NCBI GenBank assembly: GCA_965240325.2
Contig: OZ251224.1
Coordinates: 3,720,001 to 3,784,000, forward strand
DNA: 64,000 nt
Origin: Rebecca billardiae RCC1528
Taxonomy: Eukaryota > Protista > Haptophyta
Reading direction: 5' to 3'
The translations under genes were made by a program, and so were the position numbers. A model generated the notes under the pieces. It saw only the letters and a program-made list of their open reading frames with translations, had not been told where the DNA came from and did not search any database. Positions 23,493 to 36,701 of the stretch are shown here, one piece after another (within the stretch, counting starts at the first letter, position 1; the number at the start of each line of letters is the position of its first letter).

Positions 23493-24455
23493 GGAGGAGG
23501 AGGACGACGAGGAGATCCGTCTCGACGAGAAAATCAACGACGATGTGATCGACATCGAGTTCGAGTTCTTCGACCCGAGTCCGGACGACTTCCACAGCAC
23601 TCGTGCCTTGCTGAACCAGTCCGACCTGCTCGAGACGATGGCGCTGGACGCATCCGAACTCGCGGACTTGCTCACCGAGCAAGCAGCTGTTGGTGCGCGC
23701 CGCAGCGTCGCGCGCAGCGCGGCACCCGCGAGCGTGGCGGCACGCCTCACGAGCGGCGGCGTGCGCCCGCCCCGGTGGACGCGCGCGCACCAGGCACCGT
23801 GCTCAAATCCGGCGGAAAGGACGAGCCGGCCCTCGCCTTCCTTTCGTGCCTTGTCTTGCAGACGCACCGCGCGAAGAGCAGCATGCGGCAGCTGCAGGGC
23901 CACCTGTTGCAGAGCTGCCCGCATGGCCTCCGGCGGCAGCTCGAGGGCATCCTGACCGGCTCCGCGCCGTGCGCCGTGCTGCTCAACGAGCGGCTGATCA
24001 ACGTGCCCGAGCAACTGCTCGCGCCGCTGCACGAGGCCCTGCACGCGGACCTCGCCTGGGCGCGCGAGAACGAGGGCAGCGCAGCGCTGCGCGCCGCCTA
24101 CGACATTGGCCACTTTGTGTGCGTGGTGCGGTGCGAGCCTGCGGAGGGAGGCGCGGCCGAGCCGAGCGCGCAGCGTGGCGCGAGGGGCGAGGGCAAGCGG
24201 CCAGCCAAGGCGCACACGCGTGAGGGCGCCGTGCCGGGGCTGTGCGCTCTCCGATCAGACGACGAGCTGCTGCGGCAGGCGGCCATGCTGAGCTTCCCGC
24301 TCCACCCGACAGGCGGCAGGCCGGGCGCCCGAGCGCCTCGCGGCAGACAGCCGGCGGGCACGAGCTTCCTCGCGCTCGTGCTCACGGCGCAGGCGTACGC
24401 CGCGCTGCCGAGCAAGCTGCGTGCGATGGCCGACCAGACGAATCGTGACCGCTGA
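23356..24455 (+). CDS. BCCIP: BCP1/BCCIP family protein; intron 23693-23793
   Basis: Acidic N-terminus, IEFEFFDP..DFHS..LL, ELADL..Q..VG|TVLK, LLNERLINVP. Confidence 0.88.
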
Positions 24456-25333
24456 CTGCGGCCTCGGGCTCGGGCCTGCCGGCACCGCAGGGGCCAAGGG
24501 CCGCGGCGGCCACTGGCACTGGCACTGACTACTGAGGGAGTGCAAGGCTGTCTCATGCAGATCGAATGATGAGCAGTACGGTTGACTACTACTAAAATAT
24601 ATATATATAAGAATAAGAGACGCACACATGCAGCTTAGCCTTAGGCCGGCCGAGCGCCTCAGGCGAGATTCGTCATCAAGTGTCGTCACATCGAAATACG
24701 AATTATCAATGTGAGCTGACATTCAGTCTTCCGAGAGAGTCGTGTGCCGCTGTGAATCCGAGTCGCCTGAGCCCTGACAGGCTGAGTCGGTGCCTGCCAG
24801 CGGGCACTGACAGAGCACTGCATGGCTCGTCCAGTCACCAGTGGCATCACTGAGTGAATCGTGACTCCCCGGGGGCATATATATATATATATACTCACAC
24901 TTCATTCGTCTTCACAATGATGTTGGACACATCACTCATCAATGAGGGCATGCACAGGCTTCACAGACACAGGCACACAGCCAGAATTTCGCAGCGCAAC
25001 GAGTGGCAGAGCCAGGCAGCAGCCAGACGACCGTGCCCACGCCATGCAGCATGCAGTCAAAGCCCGCTCACCGGTGCCGAGCACAGGCTGTGACCCGCGT
25101 GGTCCCGCGTGCCATCTCGGGGTGATCTCGCATCTGCCGCCGGTCGATGTGAGAATGACGCCGATCGGAGGACTCTTGCGTCTTCGGCGGAGTGAGCGCG
25201 ATGGCAGTCGTCACGCACGCGGCCTGCGCGCAGTCGCGTTTCAAAGCGGCGCCAGGCTGCCGCCGGCACGTCGCACGGTGGGCGGCGTCCCCGGAGGTGC
25301 AGCCAGCGGTGGGCCAGCGGTGGTGCGCGCCGT

Positions 25334-25592
25334 TTAGATCATCGGCTCATGCCGAGGCTTGACCGCGCGCAGGGCGCGGAGAGCGAGACCGCCCACAGCT
25401 GCGATCAGCGCGAGCACGCCGACCGAAGCGAGGAGGGCCGAGGTCGGGGAGGTCGTGGGGGCGGCGGCCGAGAGCGCAGCCTGCGCCGAGGGCGCAGACT
25501 CCGCGAACAGCGCGCTGCCCTTGGGCGGCGGCGGCGAGGGCGGCGGCAGTGGAGGCGGCGGCGGCGAGGGCGAGGGCGGCGGCGGCGGGAAA

Positions 25593-25624
<32 letters not shown>

Positions 25625-26749
25625 GATGGGCGGCGGTGGCGGCGACGGCGAGGGCGGCGGCGGCGGCGACGGCGGCGGTGGTGGCGGTGGCGGCGGCGGC
25701 GATGGGGGCGGCATCGGAGGGGGCGGCGGCGAGGGCGAGGGCGGCGGCGGCGGGGACGGTGGTGGTGGCGGCGGCGGCGAGGGCGGTGGGACGGGTGGCG
25801 GCGGCGGCGATGGCGAGGGCGGCGGCGGCGGGAACGGCGGCGGTGGCGGCGGTGGCGAGGGCGGTGGGGCAGGCGGCGGCGGCGGCGAGGGCGACGGCGG
25901 TGGCGGCGGGAATGGTGGCGGTGGCGGTGGTGGGCCGGGCGGAGGGGTCGGCAGCGGTGGCGCCGGCGGCGGCGAGGGCGAGGGCGGCGGCGGCGGCGCT
26001 GGTGGCGGCGGCGGCGGCAGCGAGGGCGGCGGGACTGGCGGCGGCGGCGGCCTGGGCAACGGAGGGGGCGGGGGCAACGGTGGTGGCGGCGGCGGCAGCG
26101 AGGGCGGCGGGAGGGGTGGTGGCGGCGGCATGGGCAATGGAGGGGGCGGGGGAAGCGGTGGTGGCAGCATGGGTGGTGGCGGTGACGGCCCCGGAGGCGG
26201 CGGCGGCGGCGGCGGCGACAGCGGTGGCGGCGGCGGCGAGGGCGAGGGCGGCGGTGGCGGGAATGGTGGTGGTGGCGGCGGCGGCGAGGGCGGCGGGGTG
26301 GGCGGCGGCGGCGGCGACGGCGACGGCGGCGGCGGCGGGAACGGCGGTGGTGGCGGCGGCGGCGTCGGCGGCGGGAAGGGCGGCGGCGGCGGCGAGGGCG
26401 AGGGTGGCGGCGGCGGTGGCGGATGCGAGGGCGGCGGCGGCGGCGGCGGCGACGGTGGCGGGAACGGTGGCGGCGGCGGCGAGGGTGAGGGCGGCGGCGG
26501 CGGGGACGGTGGTGGTGGCGGCGGTGGCGAGGGCGGGGGGATGGGGGGCGGCGGCGGCGAGGGCGAGGGCGGCGGCGGCGGGAATGGTGGTGGTGGCGGC
26601 GGCGGCGAGGGCGGCGGGATCGGCGGCGGCGGCGGCGAGGGCGAGGGTGGGGGCGGGGACGTGACCCGCGGCGGCGCAGCAGCAGCCTCAACCACAACTG
26701 GCGCGGCGAGCAGCGCCAATGCGATCAGGCTGACGCGCCCAAACACCAT
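25334..26749 (-). CDS. Extensin-like Ser-Pro(n) membrane-anchored protein, copy 1
   Basis: Signal peptide MVFGRVSLIALALLAAPVVVEA, long SPn repeat region, C-terminal TM and short basic tail ending EPMI. Confidence 0.85.
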
Positions 26750-27932
26750 GGCCGCCGTGGTCTGCAATCAGTGCTGCAGCTCTGCCCTGCCCAGCCTGAA
26801 TGAAGAAGGCGAGGAGACGGTGAGGGCGGCGTGGGCGCGCAGGTGAGCGCGAGGGCGAGGTGGCACGTGGGGCGCATTGCGTGAGCATCGGGGCAGGGCG
26901 ACGACCAGCGTGCCGGCACCACCCCGCGCGCGCTGCGCGTCATCACGGGCCGGCTCGTACCTCTTCGTCCGCCTTCGCCGGGGCCGTTCGAGGACGCACG
27001 TCGAATGCTGAGCGCTTTTCGACTTCCGTCGTCGGGCACTCGGGCGGCTCCCTCGGTCGTCGTCAACCCGGTCTTCTCTTCATCAGGCATTCCCTTATAA
27101 TATTCGTAGGTCAGTAATCATCAGGCTCCGCTCCGGGAGCGGTCGGGAGCTCACGGTCCGGCCGAGATGCCCGTTGGCGGGTGCGACCTCACACGCAATC
27201 GCCCGCGACACTGTTGCAAACGTCTGCGTAAGCCTCGCTGCATCCGCGTGCCGCTTCCGTGGGCTCTGCTGAGGTACTTTGTGGATGCGTTGTGTGAGGG
27301 AGGCTGTAGGACAAGTCACTGGTCCCCTCAGGATAACTGCTAAGGTGCGTCTCGACCAATGCAGGCGTGGGTGTTGACTTGCGTGCGCGACGTATCTGCG
27401 CGCTGTTGTGCCGTGCTATCAAACGGGCGGTACAATCGTCCGTGGCGGCTGCACGGCACCATTCAAAGTGCACCACTACAGTCAGGCGCGGGAGATCTTG
27501 CAGCCGCATGCAGCGCAGTCAACCCATGTGTTGCTGCTGCAGACTGAAGCCGTGGGGCGCCGAAGAATCGTCGGCCGATGGCTCGTCCACGCGGCGAAGC
27601 TCGCCGGCGGTGTGCCGAGCGCCGCCGTGAGTCCACGTCCGACGTTGTCAGTGAGAACAGTCCACGTCTTCCGCGAGCTCTCGACTGCCGGACTGAGTCA
27701 CTCCGGAAGAGCTCCTGGCACTTCTTTATTATTATAAGAATAACTGGGCTGCAGCCGGGCCGCGCCGCTGGAGCGCGCGGCCGGCGCGGGCGGCCGCCAC
27801 GGAACACTGAACAGCTCAGGTGACTATGATCTACCAGTGTTGCATTTCCGTTCGAAGATAGATCATCTGTGTCACGTATGTACATCTAGTGATGCATGAA
27901 GACTTGCACTAGGAATCTGAGACACTAAGTCA

Positions 27933-28190
27933 CTAAATCATGGGCTCCGGCAGCCTGCGTGCGGCACGCAGCGCACGGACGGCGAACGCACCGGCGAACG
28001 CGATCCCCGCGAGCACGCCGACCGAAGCGAGGAGGGCCGAGGTTGTGGACGTCGTGAGCGCGGTGGCCGAGAGCGCAGCCTGCGCCGAGGGCGCCGACTC
28101 CGCGAACAGCGCGCTGCCCTTGGGCGGCGGCGGCGAGGGCGGCGGCATCGGCGGCGGCGGCGGCGAGGGCGAGGGCGGCGGCGGCGGGAA

Positions 28191-28223
<33 letters not shown>

Positions 28224-29381
28224 GATGGGCGGCGGCGGCGGCGAGGGCGAGGGTGGCGGCGGCGGCGACGGCGGCGGTGGTGGCGGTGGCGGCGGCGGCG
28301 ACGGGGGCGGCATCGGAGGGGGCGGCGGCGAGGGCGAGGGCGGCGGCGGCGGGGATGGTGGTGGTGGCGGCGGCGGCGACGGCGGCGGGGTTGGCGGCGG
28401 CGGCGGCGAGGGCGAGGGCGGCGGCGGCGGGGCGGGCGGTGGAGGCGGCGGCGGGGCGGGCGGTGGGAATGGCGGCGGCGGCGGCAAGGGCGACGGCGGC
28501 GGCGGCGGTGACGGTGGTGGTGGCGGCGGCGGGCCGGGGGACGGTGGTGGTGGCGGCGGCGGGCCGGGCGGTGGGGAGGGCAGCGGTGGCAACGGCGGCG
28601 GCGAGGGCGAGGGCGGCGGCGGCTGCGGCGAGGGCGGCGGCGAGGGCGAGGGCGGCGGCGGCAGTGGAGGCGGCGGCGGCGAGGGCGAGGGCGGCGGCGG
28701 CGCTGGCGACGGCGGCGGCGACGGGGATGGCGGAGGCGGCGGCGGCGGCGAGGGCGGCGGGACGGGCGGCGGCGGCGGCGAGGGCGAGGGCGGCGGCGGC
28801 GGTGGCGGCGGCGATGGTGGCGGCGGCGGCGGCGGAGACGGCGGCGGGGTCGGCGGCGGCGGCGGCGAGGGCGAGGGCGGCGGCGGCGGGAATGGTGGTG
28901 GTGGCGGCGGCGGCGAGGGCGGCGGGACGGGTGGCGGCGGCGGCGACGGCGAGGGCGAGGGCGGCGGCGTGGAAGGCGGCGGTGGCGGCGCCTTGGGTGG
29001 CGGGCCGGGCGGCGGCGGCGGCGAGGGCGATGGTGGCGGTGGCGGTGGCGGATGCGAGGGCGGCACCGGCGGCGGCGGCGAGGGCGGCGGGGTCGGCGGC
29101 GGCGGCGGCGACGGTGACGGCGGCGGTGGCGGCGCCGGCGGCGGCGGCGGCGGCGGCGACGGTGGCGGGACGGGCGGCGGCGGCGGCGAGGGCGATGGCG
29201 GCGGTGGCGGGAACGGTGGCGGCGGCGGCGGCGGCGACGGTGGCGGAACGGGCGGCGGCGGCGGCGAGGGCGAGGGTGGGGGCGGGGACCTGGTCCGCCG
29301 ATGCGTCCTGCCCTCAACGAGCGCCGGCGCGGCGAGCAGCGCCAGTGCGATCAGGCCGACGCGACCGAACATGATGGCCAT
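27933..29381 (-). CDS. Extensin-like Ser-Pro(n) membrane-anchored protein, copy 2 (tandem paralog)
   Basis: Signal MAIMFGRVGLIALALLAAPALVEG; same repeat grammar; near-identical KGSALFAESAPSAQAALSA..SALLASVGVLA..EPMI C-terminus. Confidence 0.85.
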
Positions 29382-29786
29382 GGGGCGCCGCGCCGCTCAA
29401 GCTGCGTCGCGCGTGGGCAGAGGGCGGGGCACGCGCAGGGGAGGGCGGCGGCGGAGCGCGCGCAAAGAGTGGGGACCCGGTCACGGGGGAGTGCGTCCGC
29501 GCACAACACGCTCTCGACCGGCACGGTCCGATTCCATGCGTGCGAGCCGCGCGTGCGCGCACCTTGGCGCTATGACCGCAGGCGTCTCCGCGAGTCCCGC
29601 GCGGGATCATTTCCGGGCCGGCTCGCGGCAAAAAGTGAGAGCCCTTTCCCGTTCCGGCAACTCATCAAGCACTAATAATTCCGGGCCGGACCAGCTCATG
29701 GATTCCGGAGGAACCCGCCGGAACCGGAGTCACGCCCCCCCTCACGGTCAAGCCTGCCCCGGCCTGGCCATCCGCCGCGAGGCGGC

Positions 29787-30325
29787 ATGGCTCCGCCGCC
29801 GACTGCGCCGGCGCGAGGCGGCGTGGAGCCGCGCGAGCGGTGGGCGCACGCGGCGAGGCGCGTGATGGGCGCGCTGCGCGCGGAGGCCGAGCCTCGGAGC
29901 CCGGCTGAGGGCGCCCGCCCGCTCACCCGCGTCTCCAGCGGCAACAGCGACTGGACGGAGCACACGACGGCCGATGGCTTCCGATTCGTGCACAACCGGC
30001 GCACGGGCCTCTCGGACTGGGAGCGGCCGCTGGCTGGGCGCGGGCTGGCGCACACGATGCCCGCGCCCGTGCTCTCCCCGCGCGACTCGTACTCCACCGA
30101 CGAGCTCTCCGCCACCGACGGCGACACCGACTCTGGCGGCGAGGACGTCGAGGTGAAGGCGGGTGGCGGCGCGCCCCGTGCAGGCCGCGGCGGGGAGGCG
30201 AACGGCGTGGCGGCGGCGGGGCGCTCGCCGCGCGGGCTCGCGGGCTCGCCCTCGTCCTCCTCCGCTGCGCGAGCCTCGCCCTTCCGCCGCGCGTCCGCCT
30301 CGACGCCCGCCCGCTCCTCGTCGCT

Positions 30326-30356
<31 letters not shown>

Positions 30357-32551
30357 GGCGGCGGCGTTGGGCTGCAGGGCGGGCCAGCGCGGACGACGCC
30401 GCCCTCGCCGCTGCCGCCGCTGCCGCCGCCGCCGCTGCCGCCGCTGCCGCCGCCGATCACGCCGCTGCCCGCCTCGGGCCTGCCCGCGCCCGTCGCCGCT
30501 GCCGCCACCATGCCCACGCCCACGCCGCCGCCCGCCGGCGGCGCGGCCGGCGGCGCGGCCGCCGGCGGCGCGCTCGTGCGAACGGAGGGCGACGGCTGCG
30601 GCAGCGGCGGCGCGCCGCCCGCGCCGGCGGCGGCGAGCTCGGCGGCGGTGGCGGCGGTTGGGCCCGCGTGCGCGTGCGCGCACGCGCCCTCCACCCCCGC
30701 CGCGCACGCCGCCCCCAAGCCGCCCTCCCTGTCGCCCACTCAGCTGGAGGAGCGCGAGCGCGCGCGCCGCACGCGCGGCCGCGTGGCGCTTGAGCTCGTC
30801 GAGTCGGAGCGACGGTACGTGCGTGCGCTGCGCGCGCTGACGAAGCACTTCCAGCCCGCGCTCGAGCACGTCGCGCCGGCGTTCGTCGCGTCCATCTTCT
30901 CCGGGCTCGACGTGATCGCGCACGTGAACGGAGCGCTGCTGGCGCGGATGGAGGCCGTGCTGCCCGCACACGCGATCGGCAGCGCGGCGGCGGCGGCGGC
31001 GGCCGTGCCGCCCGCGGCACTCGGCGCGGCGGCGGGCGCGGCGTGCGGCGGCGGCGGCGGTGGCGGCACTCCGGCGCTGGGCAGCCCTGCGCTCGGGCCG
31101 ACTCCGGGCGCGGGCGCCGCGCCGAGCACGCCCGAGCAGCCCGCAGGCCGGTCATGCGACGAGGCCGCGCCGGCGCCGCCAGCGCGCAACGTGCCCCCGG
31201 CCGCGGCGCGCAGCGCCCCCGCGCCCCCGCCGCTCGGCGGCGGCGCGGCCGCGCCGGCCGCGCGCGGCGGCGCCGGCGGCGCTGCGCCGGCCGCGGCTGC
31301 GGACGCGCCCACCTCCGCGCCCCCCTCTGCCGAGGGCTGGGAGTACGCGCTCGCCGAGCTCTTCACGACGGACACGCTGCAGCAGCTCGTGCCCGCGTAC
31401 AAACACTACATCGGGTGGGCGCACGCGCGCGCGCGTTCGCGTTTTCGCGCGCCGACCGCGCGGCCGCTGTTGCCGCCACCGCGCCGGGCGGCCGGGCGGG
31501 GCGGAGGGCTGTGTGTGACCCACGCAGCGGCCGCCCGCGTGTGCGCTCACGCGCGCACGCACGCGCACCCGCGCGCGCAACCCCCCTCGCCCCCGCCGCC
31601 GCCCGCGCTGCCGCGCGCGCCCGCCGCCCCGCGCGCGCGCTCCGCGGCGGCGCGCGGCCGCAGCCACTACGCCGCGTCCGCGCGCACGCTCGGCGCGTGC
31701 ATGCAGGTGCCGGCATTCGCGGCGGCGGTGCGCGAGGCGGAGGCGGCGCACGCGGCGCGGCACCACGCGGCCGCGGCGCCGGGCTCGGCGACGACGCTGC
31801 CCGACCTGCTCGTCCAGCCAATCCAGCGCGTGCCGCGGTACAAGCTGATGCTCGAGCTTCTCGAGAGAACCTCTGCGCTCGAGGGCAGCGGGCGCGCCGA
31901 GCTCGCGCGCCGCGCGCTCGCGCGCGTGCGCGCGGTCGCGCGCGCGCTGAACGACGCGCTGCGTGACCTCGAGCTGCTGGAGCGCGGGGTGCAGCTGCAG
32001 ACGCGGCTGCGCGGGCGCTCGGCGCCGCTGCTCGACGCGCCGCACCGCCGCTGGGTCGTTGAGACCAGCGCGCAGCGCCTCCAAACCCTGCGCTTCCCGC
32101 CGAGCGGCGCGCTCGCGGAAGGGTCGCCCGCATGGCGGCCGCGCGTGCTTGTTCTGTTCAACGACGTGGTGCTGGTGGCGCGGCAGCCGCGCTCGTCGGC
32201 GGGCGGCGCGGGCGGCGAGCAGCCGCAGCAGCAGCCGCCCGCGCACGCCGCGCGGCGCAGCGACCGCAGCCTCGAGCTCTGCGCCCTCGTGCCCCTCGCC
32301 GGCTGCACCGTGCGCGCGCTCACCGCCGCCGAGGCGGCGCTAGGCACGCTGCGCGCGGCGGACGCGCACGCGGGCGCGCGCGGCGGCGGCGCGGGCGCGG
32401 AGGGCGGAGGGGGCGCGGCGGCGGGCGGGGATGAGGGCGCGCCGCGGTGCGCGGGCGGCCTGCCCGCGCACCGCGCCTCCGGCCGCGCCGTCGTCGACAT
32501 CGGCTCGAGCGACGAGAGCGGAGATGGCGAGGGCGCGGAGGAGGCGGCTGC

Positions 32552-32632
<81 letters not shown>

Positions 32633-34565
32633 CGGTGGCGAGGCGGATGGCGAGGGCGGCGGGGCGTGCGCGCCGCGCGGCGCGCGGGCCTCCGCGCCCA
32701 CCGAGGACGAGCTCCGCGCGCGCTCCCTCGCCCTCGAGCAGCCGCTCGCGCGCGGCGCCACGCGCACCGCCGCAGGCCAGAGGTTCGACTTGGAAGTCGT
32801 GTTGCCCGCGGGCGCGACGCGGTTCGTGCGCGGCCGCAGGCTGACGCTCGAAGGGGTGGACTCGAGCGGGCGGATCGTGAGCTTCGCGCGGCAGCTGCCG
32901 CCGAGCGCGCGCGCGGCGTTCAGGCTGGGCGACCGGCTGGACGTCCGAGCCCTCGAGCCCGAGGCGGCGGCCGAAGGCGAAAGCGGTGGCGGCGGCGATG
33001 GCGGCGGCGATGGCGGCGGCGATGGCGGCGGCGGCAACGGCGGCAACGGCGGCGGCGAGGACGCGCGCGCGCACGCGGCGGCGTCGTCGCCGGGCGTCGG
33101 CGGCGGCGGCGTGGCGCAGCAGCAGCAGCGGCTGCGCGTGCGCGTGCTGCGCGAGCCGCTGCTGCTGCTCTTCGCCACAGCTGCCGAGCGCGACGAGTGG
33201 CGCTCGCGCCTGCTCACCTTGATCGAGGCGGTGCCGGCGCTGGTCGGCGCGGCGGGCGGGCGCGCGCGCGCGGGCTCGGCGGCGTCGGCTGCGCCCGAGC
33301 ACGGCCGTGGCCGCACGCTCTCGCTCGAGTCGAGCCGCTCGTCGCTCGCGGATGGCGGCGGCGGCGGCGGCGGCGGCGCGGCGAACGCGCCGCGCGCGGG
33401 CGCGAACGGGCGCGCCGCCGACGCCGACGCCGCCGACCCGGCCGCGGCCGCGGCCGACGCGGCGGCGGCGCGCGCGCGCGGCGGCGGCGGCGGCGGCGCG
33501 CCGGGCGGCGGCGCGCCGGGGGCGGGCACGATGGGCGAGGGCACGGAGGAGGAGGACGGGGCGAGCTCCGCGGAGGAGGGCCTCAGCGCGTCGGAGCTCG
33601 CCGCCGCGTCGGTGCAGCACTCGCCAGAGCCGATGCGCGCGGGCTGGCTGCTGCTGCGCGGCCAGCGCGCGGCCGGCGGCGCGGCCGGCGGCGCGGCCGG
33701 CGGCGCGGCCGGCGGCGCGGCCGGCGGCGCGGCCGGCGGCGCGGCCGAGGGCTGGCGGCGCGTGTGGGCCGAGCTGGCGCCGAGCGGGCTCGAGCTCGAG
33801 CTGTGGCTCTCGGCGGAGGAGGCGACGGCGGCGGACCGGTGGTGGGACGGCCGCGCGGGCAGCGGAGCAGCGCACGCCGCCGCTTCGCTCCCACTTGAGC
33901 CGCGCGCGCGCTCCGCGTCGGCTGCCGAGCCCGCCGGCGGCGCGCGCCCGCCGCCGCCGCCGCCGCCGCCGCCCGGTGCCGCGGCCAAGCGCCAGCTCTC
34001 GACGGGAGCGCTCGCGGTGTGGGGGCGGCGCTCGAGCGCGGAGCAGGTGGGGTCGGTGGACGGCGCGGCGGCGCGCTCGCCCGCCCTTAGCCCGCCGCCC
34101 GCCGCGCCGCGCGCGCACGCCGCCGCGGCGCCGCAGCCCACTGGGCCGTTAGCAGTGCTGGAGCTGAGGCGATGGCAACACACTGTGACGCACGTGCGCG
34201 CGCCGCGCGGCCCGCCGCGGCCCGCCGCCGCCGAGGGCGGGCCGGCTGTGGAGCGCACGGTGCGCGCGCTGCAATTGTACTGCCCGGCGGAGGGCGAGGT
34301 CGTGCTCCGCGCCGTCGACGACGACGCCGACGACGCCGCCGCGTCGGCGCGGCACCGGCCCGGCGGCGCGGGCGCGGCCGCCGGCGCCGGCATCGACGCG
34401 TGGCTCGGCGCGCTGCGCGACGCGCGCCGCCGCGCCGAAGCGGTTTCGGCCGAGGTCGCCAAGATCACCGAGTTCTCGGGCGCGCGCGCCGCGGGCGGCA
34501 GCGCGCTCGGCGGGCCGCTCGCGCGCTTCGGCTGGCTGCGTGTGCTGCCGGTGCCGGAGGAGGAG

Positions 34566-34597
<32 letters not shown>

Positions 34598-36395
34598 GCC
34601 GCCGCCGCCCGACGCCGCGGCCGCGGCCGCCGCCGCGCTCGGCGGCGGCGCGCGCGGCGCGGCCTCGGCGGAGGCGGCGGCCGCGTGCGCGCCACTCCGT
34701 TGGATTACCCTGTCTGCGGGCGCTGAGCTGCTCGTGCTCGAGTCCCCGCTGGCCACGCGCCCGCTCCTCGCGCTCTCGCTCGCCGAGTGGGAGCCCTCCA
34801 TGGCGGGCGCGCACGGGTTCGACCTCGTCTGCCGCGACGCGCGCAGCCTCGCGCCTCGCCTCGCGCCTCGGCCGGGCTCGGCGCCGGGCAGTGGCGGCGG
34901 CGGCGCGGACGGCGGCGGCGGCGGCGGCGCGCGCGCCGCTGCGGAGCACGCGCTGCGCTTCATCGCCGAGTGTGCGGAGGAGCAGGCGGAGTGGCTCAAG
35001 ACCGTCTCGACGCTGGAGGTGCGGCCCTATCGCACGCAGCCCACAACGGGCGAGCTGCCGCCTCTGACACTCCGCTCGCTCACGCTGCAGCCAGCCGGCG
35101 GCGGCGGCGGGGCCGGTGGTGGTGGTGGCGCGCGCGGCCTCGCGGTGGCGCAGCACGCGGCGCAGCCGCCGCAGCCGCCGCCGCCGCCGCAGCAGCAGCA
35201 GCAGCAGGCCGCGCCCTCGCCCTCGCTGCAGCAGCAGCAGCAGCCGTTCGGCATGACAGTCGGCGAAGTGCTTGGCTTGGCCGTCGTCACCACCGTCGCG
35301 CCCGCCTCCGCCGCGCACGCCAGCGGGCTGCGCGGCGGCGAAGTGATTGTCACGGTGAACGGCCGGTCGTGCGTGTCCGCGGCGCACGCGTTCAACCTGC
35401 TGAGGGAGGCGGCGGCGGCGGGGTCGGCGGTGACGCTGATCCTCTCGGCCGAGCGCGTGTGCGCGCCCACGCCCGCGCCGCGCCCGCCGCGCGGCCCAAG
35501 TCCCGCCGGCGAGCCGTTTGACTCACTCTTCGACACAGCCGAGGGCGGGCGGCCGCTGGACGAGGTGGCCGCGGCGGAGGCGCTGGGCGCGAGCGTGGCG
35601 CGCGTGCGCGCGCTGCGCGCGCACGCGCTGCGGCTCGAGCGGCACTTCCGCGCGTGGCGCGGCGCGGAGGCGGCGCACGCGAGCGCGCTCGCCGCGATCG
35701 GGCCGCCGCCGCTCGACGAGCAAGCTCCGCCGCCCGCCGCCTCGGCCGGCGCCGCGCCGCCGCCGCCGCCCTCGTCGCCGCCGGCCGGCACCGCGACGGT
35801 GGCGGCCGCGGCGCCGCGCGCGCCGACCGACGCCGAGCTGCGCGCCGCGTTCGAGCAGCAGCTGCGCGCGCACCGGCTGCGCGCGGGCGGGCTGGGCACG
35901 CAGGAGCAGGCGCTGCGCGCCGAGGCGGCGCGCGCCGAGCTCGCCCTCACCAAGTGCGAGCGGCGCGGCCGCGACGCGCTCGGCGCTGCGTCGCTGGACC
36001 AGCTGGCCGCGCACGCGCGCGCGCGCTGGCAGGCGGTGGGCCTGGCGAAGCAGCAGCTGCAGCAGGCGAAGATCGACTTCGACCTGGCGGCGCCGCAGCT
36101 GCTCACCTCGCAGCCCGAGCGCCTCTCCGCGCTCGCCGACGGCGTGAGCGACGCACGCCACGGCCTCACGCGCGCGCGCGCCGCCTACGACGACGCCGCG
36201 GCCGCCGTGCACGCCGCGCGCGAGCAGCTGCGCGCAGGGCCGTACGCGCACGCGCTGCGCGAGCTGCTCGACGCGGCGCGCGCGCTCGAGGGCGTGGTGG
36301 CGCGCGCGCGCACGCAGCTCGTCGTGCACGGCGGCGGCGGGCCGCCCGCCGGCGGCGCGGCGGCCGGGGCGGCGGGCCCGGCGGTGCACGTGTAG
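29787..36395 (+). CDS. RhoGEF: WW - DH - PH(s) - PDZ - C-terminal helical/coiled-coil; in-frame intron 31415-31663
   Basis: WW DWTEHTTADG..HNRRTGLSDWERP; DH ELVESERRYV..SIFS..LLVQPIQRVPRYKLML; PH LVLFNDVVL..ERDEW, RAGWL, RFGWL..EEQAEWL; PDZ PFGMTV..VAPASAAHASGLRGGEVIVTVNG. Confidence 0.85.
33668..33747 (+). repeat. 12-bp coding tandem repeat (GCGGCCGGCGGC, ~6 copies; AAGG peptide)
   Basis: Seen directly within the RhoGEF CDS. Confidence 0.9.
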
Positions 36396-36701
36396 CCGGG
36401 CAGCGGTGCCGAGGGCGAGTGTCAGTGTAGACTATGATAGTCCGAGCGCGCGGGCGACCTCACGCTGCCAGAGTCTCATAAGAATCTGCTGTCAGCAGTC
36501 AGCGTTGTAACAGCGCGCGGCGTGTCGATTATAGACTTCAAATGGACAGTCGTAGTGCTGTGTGCGGCGACGACGACGATGCTACTCAGCGCCGGGGCCG
36601 GCATCGTCGTCGTGATACCGCTCGCGTGCCTGACTGACCGACGAGAGTGACGAGACACAGCCGACACTCTCAACTCGGTGAGCGGAACCACTCTCAAGGG
36701 T

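Noticed and set aside
25359-29865. Long Gly-rich plus-strand ORFs
   Set aside because: Antisense shadows of the Pro-rich genes, which have a signal peptide and TM anchor on the minus strand.
31667-34999. 1110-aa minus-strand ORF and the many other overlapping Arg/Ala-rich ORFs
   Set aside because: Expected from stop-codon scarcity at very high GC; no motifs; opposite real genes.
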